NCBI GenBank assembly: GCA_021809525.1
Contig: JAKAYU010000001.1
Location: 1 to 57,714, forward strand
Length of the DNA: 57,714 nt
Source of the DNA: Pseudomonadota bacterium
GTDB lineage: Bacteria; Pseudomonadota; Gammaproteobacteria; Steroidobacterales; Steroidobacteraceae
Direction: 5' to 3'
The notes below the pieces were generated by a model that saw nothing but the letters and a program-made list of their open reading frames with translations, made no database searches and was not told the DNA's origin. Each line of letters starts with the position of its first letter. The stretch's first letter is position 1. Positions 50,027-57,714 of the stretch are shown piece by piece. The position numbers and the translations under genes were made by a program.

Positions 50027-50316
50027 GAACATCGGGTCCACTCGGCGATCCGAGCGTCGAATGCAGCGGACTCATTTGCGCGGCGGTGACGTGCGCCGCA
50101 CCGCTCGGGCGCCAAAATGGCTCCGGTGCGAGCCATAACACTCAAGTTCGGTTGCGACATGACGTCGCACAGTCCATCTCGGGCATACGCTTGCGAGGCG
50201 TTCGGTGCTGGAGGAGCTCCGATTCGCCGCTGGTGCGTCGATCACCCCCCGTCAACAACCGAGCCGTGACGACAAGGGAGAGCGGGCCCGGAACACTGTG
50301 GAGAGGGAGATTTCGT

Positions 50317-51423
50317 CTAGGCGAGATCGAACAGACCGCGCAGCCGTGCGGGCTCGCAGCGAAGATACTGCTTCGGCGCGCGTACCTGTCCACCGAGCTC
50401 CGCGGCCGCGTGCCAGGGCCAGCGCGCGTCGTACAGCACCGTGCGGGCGAGCGCGACGAGATCCGCATCCCCGGTGGCGACGATGGCTTCCGCCTGCTCG
50501 AAGCCGGTGATCAATCCGACCGCTATGACGGGAATGCGCACGGCAGCCCGTACGGCGCGCGCGAGCGGCACCTGATAGCCGGGTCCTACCGGAATCTTCT
50601 GTCCCGGGTGCAGCCCGCCGCTCGAGACGTGTATGGCGTCGCAGCCGTGCTCCTGCAGCTTGCGTGCGAATGCGATCGTCTGCTCCACGTCCCAGCCGCC
50701 ATCGCACCAATCCATCGCCGACACGCGCACCGAGACGGCTCTGCCGGCTGGAAACGCGGCACGCACCGCATCGAACACCTCAAGCGGGAAGCGCAGACGG
50801 TTCTCGAGCGAGCCGCCGTACTCGTCGGTGCGCTGATTGGCGAGCGGAGAGAGAAACTGGTGCAGCAGATACCCGTGCGCGGCGTGGACCTGCACGGCGT
50901 CCAGGCCGATGCGGGCCGCGCGGACCGCCGCCGCAGCGAACGCATCGCGCACCGCGCGCATGCCGCTGCGATCGAGCGCCGCCGGGGTGCTCTGCCCATC
51001 GGCGAAGGGAATCGGTGACGGTGCGACCGTCTGCCAGCCGTGCGGAACGTCGGGCACAAGCTGCTGTCCGCCCTTCCAGGGCACTTCGGTCGAGGCCTTG
51101 CGGCCGGCGTGGGCCAGCTGCACCGCAATGGGCATGGCCGACCAGCGGCGGATACGCTCCACCGTGTTTCCCATGGCCGCTTCCGTCGCATCGTCCCAGA
51201 GGCCGACGTCCCCGTAGGTGATGCGGCCCTCGGGCAGCACGGCAGTCGCCTCGATCGTGAGCAGGGCGGCCCCGGAGAGCGCCAGATGGCCGAGGTGAAT
51301 GAGATGCCAGTCGCTCATGCGGCCATTGTCCGCAGAATACTGGCACATCGGTGCGATCACGATGCGGTTGACGAGATCGAGATTGCGAATGCGAAGCGGC
51401 GTGAAGAGAGCGGGCTTGTTCAT
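50317..51423 (-). CDS. NADH:flavin oxidoreductase, Old Yellow Enzyme family
   Basis: 'LFTPLRIRNLDLVNRIVIAPMCQYSA', 'QLAHAGRKAS' and 'GLDAVQVHAAHGYLLHQFLSPLANQRTDEYGGS'. Confidence 0.92.
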   Translation of the reverse strand: MNKPALFTPLRIRNLDLVNRIVIAPMCQYSADNGRMSDWHLIHLGHLALSGAALLTIEATAVLPEGRITYGDVGLWDDATEAAMGNTVERIRRWSAMPIAVQLAHAGRKASTEVPWKGGQQLVPDVPHGWQTVAPSPIPFADGQSTPAALDRSGMRAVRDAFAAAAVRAARIGLDAVQVHAAHGYLLHQFLSPLANQRTDEYGGSLENRLRFPLEVFDAVRAAFPAGRAVSVRVSAMDWCDGGWDVEQTIAFARKLQEHGCDAIHVSSGGLHPGQKIPVGPGYQVPLARAVRAAVRIPVIAVGLITGFEQAEAIVATGDADLVALARTVLYDARWPWHAAAELGGQVRAPKQYLRCEPARLRGLFDLA

Positions 51424-51499
51424 TGCGGCCGGAATTCTTCAGTGTCGGACTGAGCTCTGGATGGCACGAATTTTAGCAGCGAGAGCGCCTCCTGACGAC

Positions 51500-51520
51500 C
51501 GGGCGAGGTAGCCTCGCCCG
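51500..51520 (-). terminator. strong hairpin downstream of the distal CBS gene (probable end of the ppsA operon)
   Basis: Perfect 9-bp stem CGGGCGAGG / CCTCGCCCG with a 3-nt loop, 31 nt past the CBS stop codon. No U-tract. Confidence 0.5.
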
Positions 51521-51550
51521 TCTGCCGCGGTGCCGAGCGTTGCCGGCCGT

Positions 51551-52000
51551 TCAGCGACGCATGCGGTGCTCGCGATCCTGCTCCCGGACGATGATGTCGG
51601 CGAGCGCCGCCGCGTCGCCGGCCAGCCGCCGGACCAGGTCGTCCAGGGACAAAATGCCCGCCAGCTTGCCGGCATCGTCGAGCACCGGGACGCGGCGTAC
51701 ACCGTGCGCTCGCATGCGCTCGATCGCCTCTTCGGCTTCTTCGCAGGTGCGCGCGATCACGAGCGGCACACGCATGATTTCCCGTACGGTCACCTTGGCC
51801 GGATCCAGATCCTTCGCCAGCACTTCGACCACGATGTCGCGGTCGGTGACGATCCCGATCGGCGCTCGGTCTTCCTTACTGTCGTCGATCACGACCAGAT
51901 CCCCTACGTGCAGCTCGCGCATGAGACGGGCCGCATGCAGCGCGGTGATATCGGCGGCGCAGTAGATGACATCCGGTGTGCACAGCTCTTCCAATTTCAT
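51551..52000 (-). CDS. CBS-pair domain protein
   Basis: Two CBS motifs ('HVGDLVVIDD...PIGIVTDRDIV', 'HGVRRVPVLDDAGKLAGILSLDDLV'). 149 aa, stand-alone. Confidence 0.88.
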   Translation of the reverse strand: MKLEELCTPDVIYCAADITALHAARLMRELHVGDLVVIDDSKEDRAPIGIVTDRDIVVEVLAKDLDPAKVTVREIMRVPLVIARTCEEAEEAIERMRAHGVRRVPVLDDAGKLAGILSLDDLVRRLAGDAAALADIIVREQDREHRMRR

Positions 52001-52063
52001 GATCTGGGCTCCTCAGTATCGATGCGAACACTTCCGTCCACGCGCCGCGGCACGGCCCGCTCC

Positions 52064-53038
52064 TCAACGCGCGAGCACATGCGCCAGATGGAGCCATTGC
52101 GGTTCGAGGGGCTTGTTGGCGCGTACCGCATCGCCGAGCGCGCTCGTGGTAATCTGTCCGCCGGCAAGGCCGAGCAGGATTCCGTGCTCGCCTCCGCACA
52201 GCCGCTCGACGGCCGTGGCGCCGAGCAGCGTCGCGCTCAGGCGGTCAAAGGCCCCCGGGCTGCCGCCGCGCTGCACGTGGCCGAGTTTCGTGACGCGCAA
52301 TTCGAAGTTCAGCCGCGCGGCATGCTCGGTGAAATGGCGCGCGAGGGCGTCCACATTGTGCCGGGCACCTTCGGCCACGACTACGATCGCGTGACTCTTG
52401 CCGCGCTGGTAGGCCTCCTGGATCGCAATCGCGACGTCCTCGGGGGACTCCTCGGCCTCCGGTATGACGATCGCCTCGGCGCCGCCGCCAATACCTGCCA
52501 TCAGCGCCAAGTAGCCGCAGGCGCGCCCCATCACTTCAACCAGGAAGACACGTCCGTGCGCGGATGCCGTCACCCGCAGCCGGCTGATGGCCTCAAGCGC
52601 CACATCGAGCGCCGTGGTCGCGCCCAGCGTGACCTCGGAGCCGGCCAGATCATTGTCGATGGTCGAGGCGATGCCGACCACCGCGACGCCGCGCTCGGAA
52701 AGCGCGAGCGATCCATGCTGCGAGCCGTTGCCCCCGATTACGATCAGTCCTGTTATTCCGCGCCCGGCAAGCTGCCGCACGGCGCTGTGCTGGCCCTCGT
52801 CGGTGAGAAAGGCGGGACAGCGGCTGGTACCGAGCATGGTGCCGCCGCGGTCGATGATGCCTCCGACCTCGCGGGCTCCGAGGTGGATGAAATCCCCGGC
52901 GATGAGTCCCGTAAAGCCGTGGCGCACGCCGAATATCTCGAGATCGCGCGCGAGGCCGGTCCGCGCGACGGCGCGGATCGCCGGATTCATGCCCGGCGCA
53001 TCGCCGCCGCTGGTCAGAACCGCAATTCTGCGCTTCAT
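52064..53038 (-). CDS. pfkA: 6-phosphofructokinase (PfkA family; phosphoryl donor uncertain)
   Basis: Collinear with E. coli PfkA ('IAVLTSGGDAPGMN', 'RGGTMLGTSR', 'STIDND', 'VEVMGR', 'LGHVQRGG'). The motif reads 'GGNGS' where E. coli has 'GGDGS'. Confidence 0.88.
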   Translation of the reverse strand: MKRRIAVLTSGGDAPGMNPAIRAVARTGLARDLEIFGVRHGFTGLIAGDFIHLGAREVGGIIDRGGTMLGTSRCPAFLTDEGQHSAVRQLAGRGITGLIVIGGNGSQHGSLALSERGVAVVGIASTIDNDLAGSEVTLGATTALDVALEAISRLRVTASAHGRVFLVEVMGRACGYLALMAGIGGGAEAIVIPEAEESPEDVAIAIQEAYQRGKSHAIVVVAEGARHNVDALARHFTEHAARLNFELRVTKLGHVQRGGSPGAFDRLSATLLGATAVERLCGGEHGILLGLAGGQITTSALGDAVRANKPLEPQWLHLAHVLAR

Positions 53039-53541
53039 GCCTCAGGATCCCTTGAGGCGCCCGCGCCAGCTGCCGGCGCGCCGTCCGGCGACCGCAGCCG
53101 GCTTTCGATGCGCTGCTCATTGCGCACTGTGCTGGAGACGTCGCTGATCTCGCCGGACAGTACGTCGATCACATCGTCGAGCGCGAGAATGCCCGTCAGC
53201 ATGCCGGCCGCCCCGACCACCGGGAGTCGCCGCACACCCATGCGCCGCATGGTGTGCAGCGCCTGATCGAGCGGATCGGTCTCATCGACCATGGCCGGGT
53301 ACTGCTTCATGAGATCAGCGACGGTGAGCGACATGGGGTCCGCCGCGCGCGCCACGACGGAGATGACGATGTCCCGGTCGGTCAGAACCCCGACCGGCCG
53401 CCCATACGTCGTGTTCGGTTCCGGTTCGACGACCACAAGAAACCCGACATGCTGCTCGCGCATCAACTGCGCGGCGGTGACCAGATCGGTGCCCGGATTG
53501 ACGGTAACGACCTGATGCCTGCAAATGCTTCCGACGTTCAT
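53035..53541 (-). CDS. CBS-pair domain protein
   Basis: Two CBS motifs ('HVGFLVVVE...PVGVLTDRDIV', 'MGVRRLPVVGAAGMLTGILALDDVI'). Its stop overlaps the pfkA ATG (ATGA). The start is set at ATG 53541. Confidence 0.88.
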   Translation of the reverse strand: MNVGSICRHQVVTVNPGTDLVTAAQLMREQHVGFLVVVEPEPNTTYGRPVGVLTDRDIVISVVARAADPMSLTVADLMKQYPAMVDETDPLDQALHTMRRMGVRRLPVVGAAGMLTGILALDDVIDVLSGEISDVSSTVRNEQRIESRLRSPDGAPAAGAGASRDPEA

Positions 53542-53587
53542 GACCGTGCCATCCCGGTGGAGTGACGTGTTGAGTTCTTGGCCGGCG

Positions 53588-56026
53588 CTATGCGGCTGAT
53601 TGCGTGCCGGCCGCGGACAGCTCTTTCTCCAGCTGCAGCACGCGCAGCGTCGTCGGCAGCAGCGCATCGGGGTTGAGCCCGATCGAATCGATGCCGAGGC
53701 GCACCAGATCCGCCGTGATCTGCGGATAGTCCGATGGCGCCTGGCCGCAGATCCCGGAGTGTCGGCCATTGCGCCGGCAGCCTTCGACCGCCAGCTTCAA
53801 CAGCTTGCGTACCCCGGGGTCCCTCTCGTCGAACTCGAACGCGACGGTTGAGGAGTCCCGATCCACCCCGAGCGTGAGCTGCGTGAGGTCGTTGGAGCCG
53901 ATTGAAAACCCGTCGAAGATCCGGCTGAACTCGTCTATCAGCAGGACGTTGTTCGGGATCTCACACATGACATAGATCTCGAGGCCATTCTGACCCCGCT
54001 CGAGCCCGAGCTCGCGCATGCGCTTCACCACTGCGGCGCCTTCCTCGAGCCGCCTGCAGAACGGAATCATCGGCGTGATGTTCACGAGCCCCATGAGATC
54101 CCGCGCCCGCTTCAGCGCGGCGCATTCGAGCGCGAACCCCTCGGCATAGGCTGGGTGGGTGTAGCGGGCGGCGCCCCGGAAGCCGAGCATCGGGTTCTCC
54201 TCCTTCGGCTCGAACCAGCGGCCGCCGAGCAGACCGGCATACTCGTTCGTCTTGAAGTCGGACATCCGCACGATGACTGGCTTCGGATAGAACGCCGCGG
54301 CGATCGTGCCGAGACCTTCGGCCAGATGTTGGATGAAGAACTCACTCGGTGCGGCATAGCCACGCGTCAGCTCGCTAAGCGTGCGGCGCTCGGCTTCATC
54401 GGCGACGCGCTCCGGATGCAGCAGCGCCATCGGGTGCGCCTTGATGTACTCGGTGATGATGAACTCCATGCGCGCCAGCGCCACCCCGTCATTCGGCAGG
54501 AAGCTCATCTGGAATGCGATCTCCGGGTTGGCCATGATGAGCATCATCTTGGTGCGCGGCCGCTCGAGCGTCGTGAGGTCGGTACGCCGCACCTCGAACG
54601 GAATCCTGCCGGCATACACTTTGCCGATATCGCCCTCGGCGCAGGAGACGGTCAGCTGCTGCCCGCTCGAGAGCCGCTCAGTGGCGTTCGCGGCCCCGAC
54701 TACCGCGGGTATGCCGAACTCGCGGGCGATGATCGCCGCATGGCAGGTGCGCCCGCCGCGATTGGTCACGATCGCCGCCGCGCGCCGCATGATCGGCTCC
54801 CAGTCCGGAGTGGTGCTGTCGGTGACCAGCACCTCGCCCGAACGGAACGAGGCGATTTCACCGACGTTGTTGATCACGCGTGCCGGTCCGCCGGCGATCT
54901 TCGCTCCGACGGCGTGCCCGGTCACGAGCGGCTCGGGCGCTGCGCCCAGCCGATACTCCTCGAGCATCGTCGGGTGGCGGCGCGACGCGCTTGTCTCCGG
55001 TCGGGCCTGCACCACGTAGAGGCGCCCGTCGAGGCCGTCCTTCGCCCACTCAATGTCCATGGGCACCTCGTGCCCGGCCTGCTTGCTGTAGTGGCGTTCG
55101 ATTTTGAGCGCGTAATCGGCGAGCACGAGCACGTCTTCGTCGCTGATGCAGTAGCCTGCCCGCTCCTCGGCCGTGGTCGGCACGTTGCGCGTCGGCTCGT
55201 GCGCCGGTTCATCAGCGTAGATCATCTTGATCTGCTTGCTGCCGAGAGTATGGCGAAGTACTGCCCGATGGCCGGCGGTGAAGGTCGGCTTGAACACCAT
55301 GAATTCATCCGGCTCGACCGCGCCCTGCACGATGTTCTCCCCGAGACCGTAGCTGCCTGTGATGAGCACCACGTCGCGAAAGCCGCTTTCCGTGTCGAGC
55401 GTAAACAGCACCCCGCTCGCGCCGCGGTCGGCGCGGACCATTTTCTGCACAGCGATCGACAGGGCAACCTTGAAATGATCGAAGCCGTTGTCGGCGCGGT
55501 AGTGGATGGCGCGATCGGTAAAGAGGCTCGCGAAACAGCGCCGGCACGCCTCCAGCAGCCGCGCCTCACCCTGGATGTTGAGGAACGAGTCCTGCTGTCC
55601 GGCGAAGCTCATCGTCGGCAGATCCTCCGCGGTGGCGGAACTGCGTACGGCCACGCTCATTTGCGCCCCGGACTCCTCGCGCAGGCTGCGGTAGGCGGTG
55701 AGAATCTCCTGCTGCAACTCGGGGGGCAGACCCGCGCCATAAACCATCTCCCGCGCCTTTTGCCCGCAGCGGGCGAGCTCGCGAGGGTCATCGACGCGCA
55801 GATCCGCGAGCAGCTGGTGCAACGGCTGCCAGACCTGAGCGTGCTCGAGTACGTAGTGGTAGGCATCGGTGGTGATCGCAAAGCCGTTGGGAATCAGCAC
55901 CCCCTGCGGGCGCAGTGCTCCGTACATTTCCCCGAGAGAGGCCGTCTTGCCGCCGACGAGCTTCAAGTCGGCGGCCGAGATCTGGTCGAAGAACCGGATA
56001 TAGCGTGGCGCAGGAGACATGCTCAC
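53588..56026 (-). CDS. ppsA: phosphoenolpyruvate synthase (pyruvate, water dikinase)
   Basis: 'VGGKTASLGEM', 'VAVRSSATAEDLP', the phospho-His region 'GGRTCHAAIIAREFGIPAVVG', and the PEP-utilising C-terminal domain 'SIGSNDLTQL'. 812 aa with AGAGGTG upstream. Confidence 0.95.
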   Translation of the reverse strand: MSMSPAPRYIRFFDQISAADLKLVGGKTASLGEMYGALRPQGVLIPNGFAITTDAYHYVLEHAQVWQPLHQLLADLRVDDPRELARCGQKAREMVYGAGLPPELQQEILTAYRSLREESGAQMSVAVRSSATAEDLPTMSFAGQQDSFLNIQGEARLLEACRRCFASLFTDRAIHYRADNGFDHFKVALSIAVQKMVRADRGASGVLFTLDTESGFRDVVLITGSYGLGENIVQGAVEPDEFMVFKPTFTAGHRAVLRHTLGSKQIKMIYADEPAHEPTRNVPTTAEERAGYCISDEDVLVLADYALKIERHYSKQAGHEVPMDIEWAKDGLDGRLYVVQARPETSASRRHPTMLEEYRLGAAPEPLVTGHAVGAKIAGGPARVINNVGEIASFRSGEVLVTDSTTPDWEPIMRRAAAIVTNRGGRTCHAAIIAREFGIPAVVGAANATERLSSGQQLTVSCAEGDIGKVYAGRIPFEVRRTDLTTLERPRTKMMLIMANPEIAFQMSFLPNDGVALARMEFIITEYIKAHPMALLHPERVADEAERRTLSELTRGYAAPSEFFIQHLAEGLGTIAAAFYPKPVIVRMSDFKTNEYAGLLGGRWFEPKEENPMLGFRGAARYTHPAYAEGFALECAALKRARDLMGLVNITPMIPFCRRLEEGAAVVKRMRELGLERGQNGLEIYVMCEIPNNVLLIDEFSRIFDGFSIGSNDLTQLTLGVDRDSSTVAFEFDERDPGVRKLLKLAVEGCRRNGRHSGICGQAPSDYPQITADLVRLGIDSIGLNPDALLPTTLRVLQLEKELSAAGTQSAA

Positions 56027-56277
56027 CTCTCTGGCTGCAAGCCGCAGGCAATAATGGCGCGGCCGAATCGACCCGCCGCGTTACCGCTCTTTCCTCTACA
56101 ACGCTACGCGCCTGCGGGAGGCAGTGAATCCGCAGTTGTGCCTATCGGCCGCGCGGGGATCCGCCGGGCGCTGCGGAAAATGCGGATCGTGCGCGGGGGA
56201 GGCGCCGTCTGAGAATTTGACCCCGGCGTGGGGCGGCAGGGTCTCGGCAGCCCGAGCGGCGCCTGGAGGCTGCGTGA

Positions 56278-57333
56278 ATGAAACGCAATGCGTCGCGGAC
56301 TCGCGCTGCGGGCGTCGAGTTGGACGAGAAAGTCGCCTTTCTCGCCGATGCGCGCCATTATCCCCACCGCCCGGGCTCAGTGCAGACTATCGAGACGCAC
56401 TTCGCGTGGATATTCATCGCCGGGGAGCGCGCCTACAAACTGAAGAAGCCGCTGCACCAAGCGTCGATGGATTACCGCACCGTTGCGCTGCGTGAGCGGG
56501 CTTGCCGTGCGGAGCTCGTCCTCAACAGGCGACTTGCGCCACATGTCTACCGCCGCTTGGTGCCGCTGCGCCGCGCCAGCGATGGACACTTGATGATTCG
56601 TGCCGGCGCAGGTGGCGTAGTGGACTGGTTGGTGCAGATGCGCCGGCTCCCGCAGGAACGCATGCTCGACCGGGCCATCTGTGCGCACCACGTGGCTGCG
56701 GGGGACCGCGAGCGGGTGGTGCGATGTCTTGTGAGCTTCTTCCGCCGCGCAAGGGCGTTGCCGATGCCCGATCGCGCTTACCGGACCTACACGCGCGAAC
56801 AGATCCACGCCAGCGCGCGGACGCTCCATGCCCGCGATCTTGGGCTTGCGGCGGAACGTGTGGATCGTGTGATTCGACTGCAGCTCGGCTGGATGGTGCG
56901 GCATGGGGAATTGTTGCGGGGACGTGGTGCATTGCTGCGCGACGGGCATGGTGACCTGCGCCCCGAGCATGTGTTTCTCGGTACCGCGCGCCAGAGCGCC
57001 TGTGTGATTGATTGTCTCGAATTCGACTCGCGTCTGCGCCGGATGGATCCGGCGGAGGAAATGGCGTTCCTGGCATTGGAGTGCACGAGGCTCGGCGCGG
57101 CGCGGTTGGCTCGCGATCTGCTCGAGCGGTATGCCCATGCGATGCACGATCCACTGCCTCGGGCGCTGACGGCCTTTTATATGAGCCGCCGAGCCGTGGT
57201 CCGCGCGCAGATCGCCGCTTGGCACCTGCGCGACCCGGCGTTCGCGCGCCGTGCACGACAGTGGCGGGCGAGAGCGTATTCCTATCTTGACGATGCGTTG
57301 CTGCACCTTCGGCGGGCCGACCGGGGGGCGTAA
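56278..57333 (+). CDS. protein-kinase-like (aminoglycoside phosphotransferase/APH fold) protein of unknown substrate
   Basis: 'ETHFAWIFIAGERAYKLKKPL' (the N-terminal block seen in 'bifunctional APH/ATP-binding' proteins), catalytic loop 'HGDLRPEHVF', and 'IDCLEFD' (metal-binding Asp). There is no fused P-loop domain. GGAGG upstream. Confidence 0.7.
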   Translation: MKRNASRTRAAGVELDEKVAFLADARHYPHRPGSVQTIETHFAWIFIAGERAYKLKKPLHQASMDYRTVALRERACRAELVLNRRLAPHVYRRLVPLRRASDGHLMIRAGAGGVVDWLVQMRRLPQERMLDRAICAHHVAAGDRERVVRCLVSFFRRARALPMPDRAYRTYTREQIHASARTLHARDLGLAAERVDRVIRLQLGWMVRHGELLRGRGALLRDGHGDLRPEHVFLGTARQSACVIDCLEFDSRLRRMDPAEEMAFLALECTRLGAARLARDLLERYAHAMHDPLPRALTAFYMSRRAVVRAQIAAWHLRDPAFARRARQWRARAYSYLDDALLHLRRADRGA

Positions 57334-57384
57334 GTCGCCGGTGTGCGCAAATGCCGGATGGCTCGTGGTCCGGTGCGCCCGCGC

Positions 57385-57714
57385 TCAGCCCGGCCAATGC
57401 TCGAGCAACGGCGCCACCGGCTCGCCGGCGAGCATGCGGCGCAGCGCTGCTGCGAACAACGGTGCGACCGGCAGGGTGACGAGTCGGTCCGTTGCGCCGG
57501 GGGCGTGCGCGGCGGGCAGGGCGAACCCGACACTATCGGTGGTCGTGATGCTGTCGATCGGCTCAGCCGCGATGAGCGCGGCGAGGCCGGCGTCGAGCGG
57601 CGTGTGCGTCACGGCGACGTGCACCGCGGCGGCCCCGCCTTCGCGGCACGCGGAGGCGGCGCGGATGAGCGTGCCGCCGGTGGCGCACAGGTCATCGAGC
57701 ACGACTGCGCTGTG
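57385..57714 (-). CDS. ribose-phosphate pyrophosphokinase family protein, C-terminal part (5' end outside the window)
   Basis: PRPP-binding loop 'VLDDLCATGGTL', then '...VAVTHTPL...ITTTDSV...', collinear with the Prs C-terminus. The ORF runs off the window end. Confidence 0.75.
   Translation of the reverse strand, partial: HSAVVLDDLCATGGTLIRAASACREGGAAAVHVAVTHTPLDAGLAALIAAEPIDSITTTDSVGFALPAAHAPGATDRLVTLPVAPLFAAALRRMLAGEPVAPLLEHWPG

Noticed and set aside
51464-51482. Sigma-54-like TGGCAC-gaatt-TTAGCA in the OYE/CBS spacer.
   Set aside because: The GC of the -12 element is one nucleotide too far from the GG. The motif also points (plus strand) into the 3' end of a minus-strand gene, with no downstream plus-strand ORF.
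56200-56230. An FNR/Anr box upstream of the APH-like gene or ppsA.
   Set aside because: Only one half-site (TTGAC) is present, and the partner position reads GCGTG rather than ATCAA.

Overview
This is a 57.7-kb, high-G+C (mid to high 60s % by eye), gene-dense bacterial chromosomal segment. The gene content looks proteobacterial, but the taxon cannot be determined from the sequence alone. All calls come from reading the ORF translations against remembered family motifs; no searches were run.

Most of the window is core central-carbon metabolism:
- protocatechuate 4,5-cleavage genes ligI-ligA-ligB-ligC
- ppc
- a bkd E1alpha/E1beta/E2 operon
- a RamB/ScfR-like regulator divergent from aceB-aceA
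- a methylcitrate cluster prpC-prpD-prpB with a divergent LysR regulator
- a pentose-phosphate/glycolysis block tal, ROK kinase, pgi, gnd, zwf
- a minus-strand ppsA, CBS, pfkA, CBS operon, next to an APH-like kinase-fold gene and a PRPP-synthetase-like gene

Other genes include a PlpD-like type Vd patatin autotransporter, msrA, amtB, fsr, a KefB-like antiporter, a cytoplasmic GH15 glucoamylase, hemJ, yciH, slyD, apt and ydjA.

The clearest accessory region, and the best candidate for something new, is a ~1.85-kb lower-G+C islet (about 9310-11149) integrated into the 3' end of msrA.
- The islet supplies a replacement msrA tail. The displaced native tail lies at 11114-11200.
- It carries a frameshifted free-standing homing-endonuclease-like gene (two HNH-type repeats plus a T5orf172/GIY-YIG-like domain).
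- It also carries a higBA toxin-antitoxin pair with palindromic operators.
- It has repeated GTCTACCG / CTACCGGAAGTC motifs near both ends.
- It has no recombinase.

Secondary oddities:
- a doubly frameshifted yfcG-like GST
- an Asr-like secreted His/Lys-repeat mini-protein encoded by 27-bp tandem repeats
- a Gly/Trp-rich insert in a DUF4136 lipoprotein
- an atypical PfkA active-site motif
- several strong intergenic palindromes

I recognised no rRNA, tRNA, CRISPR array, transposase or integrase.
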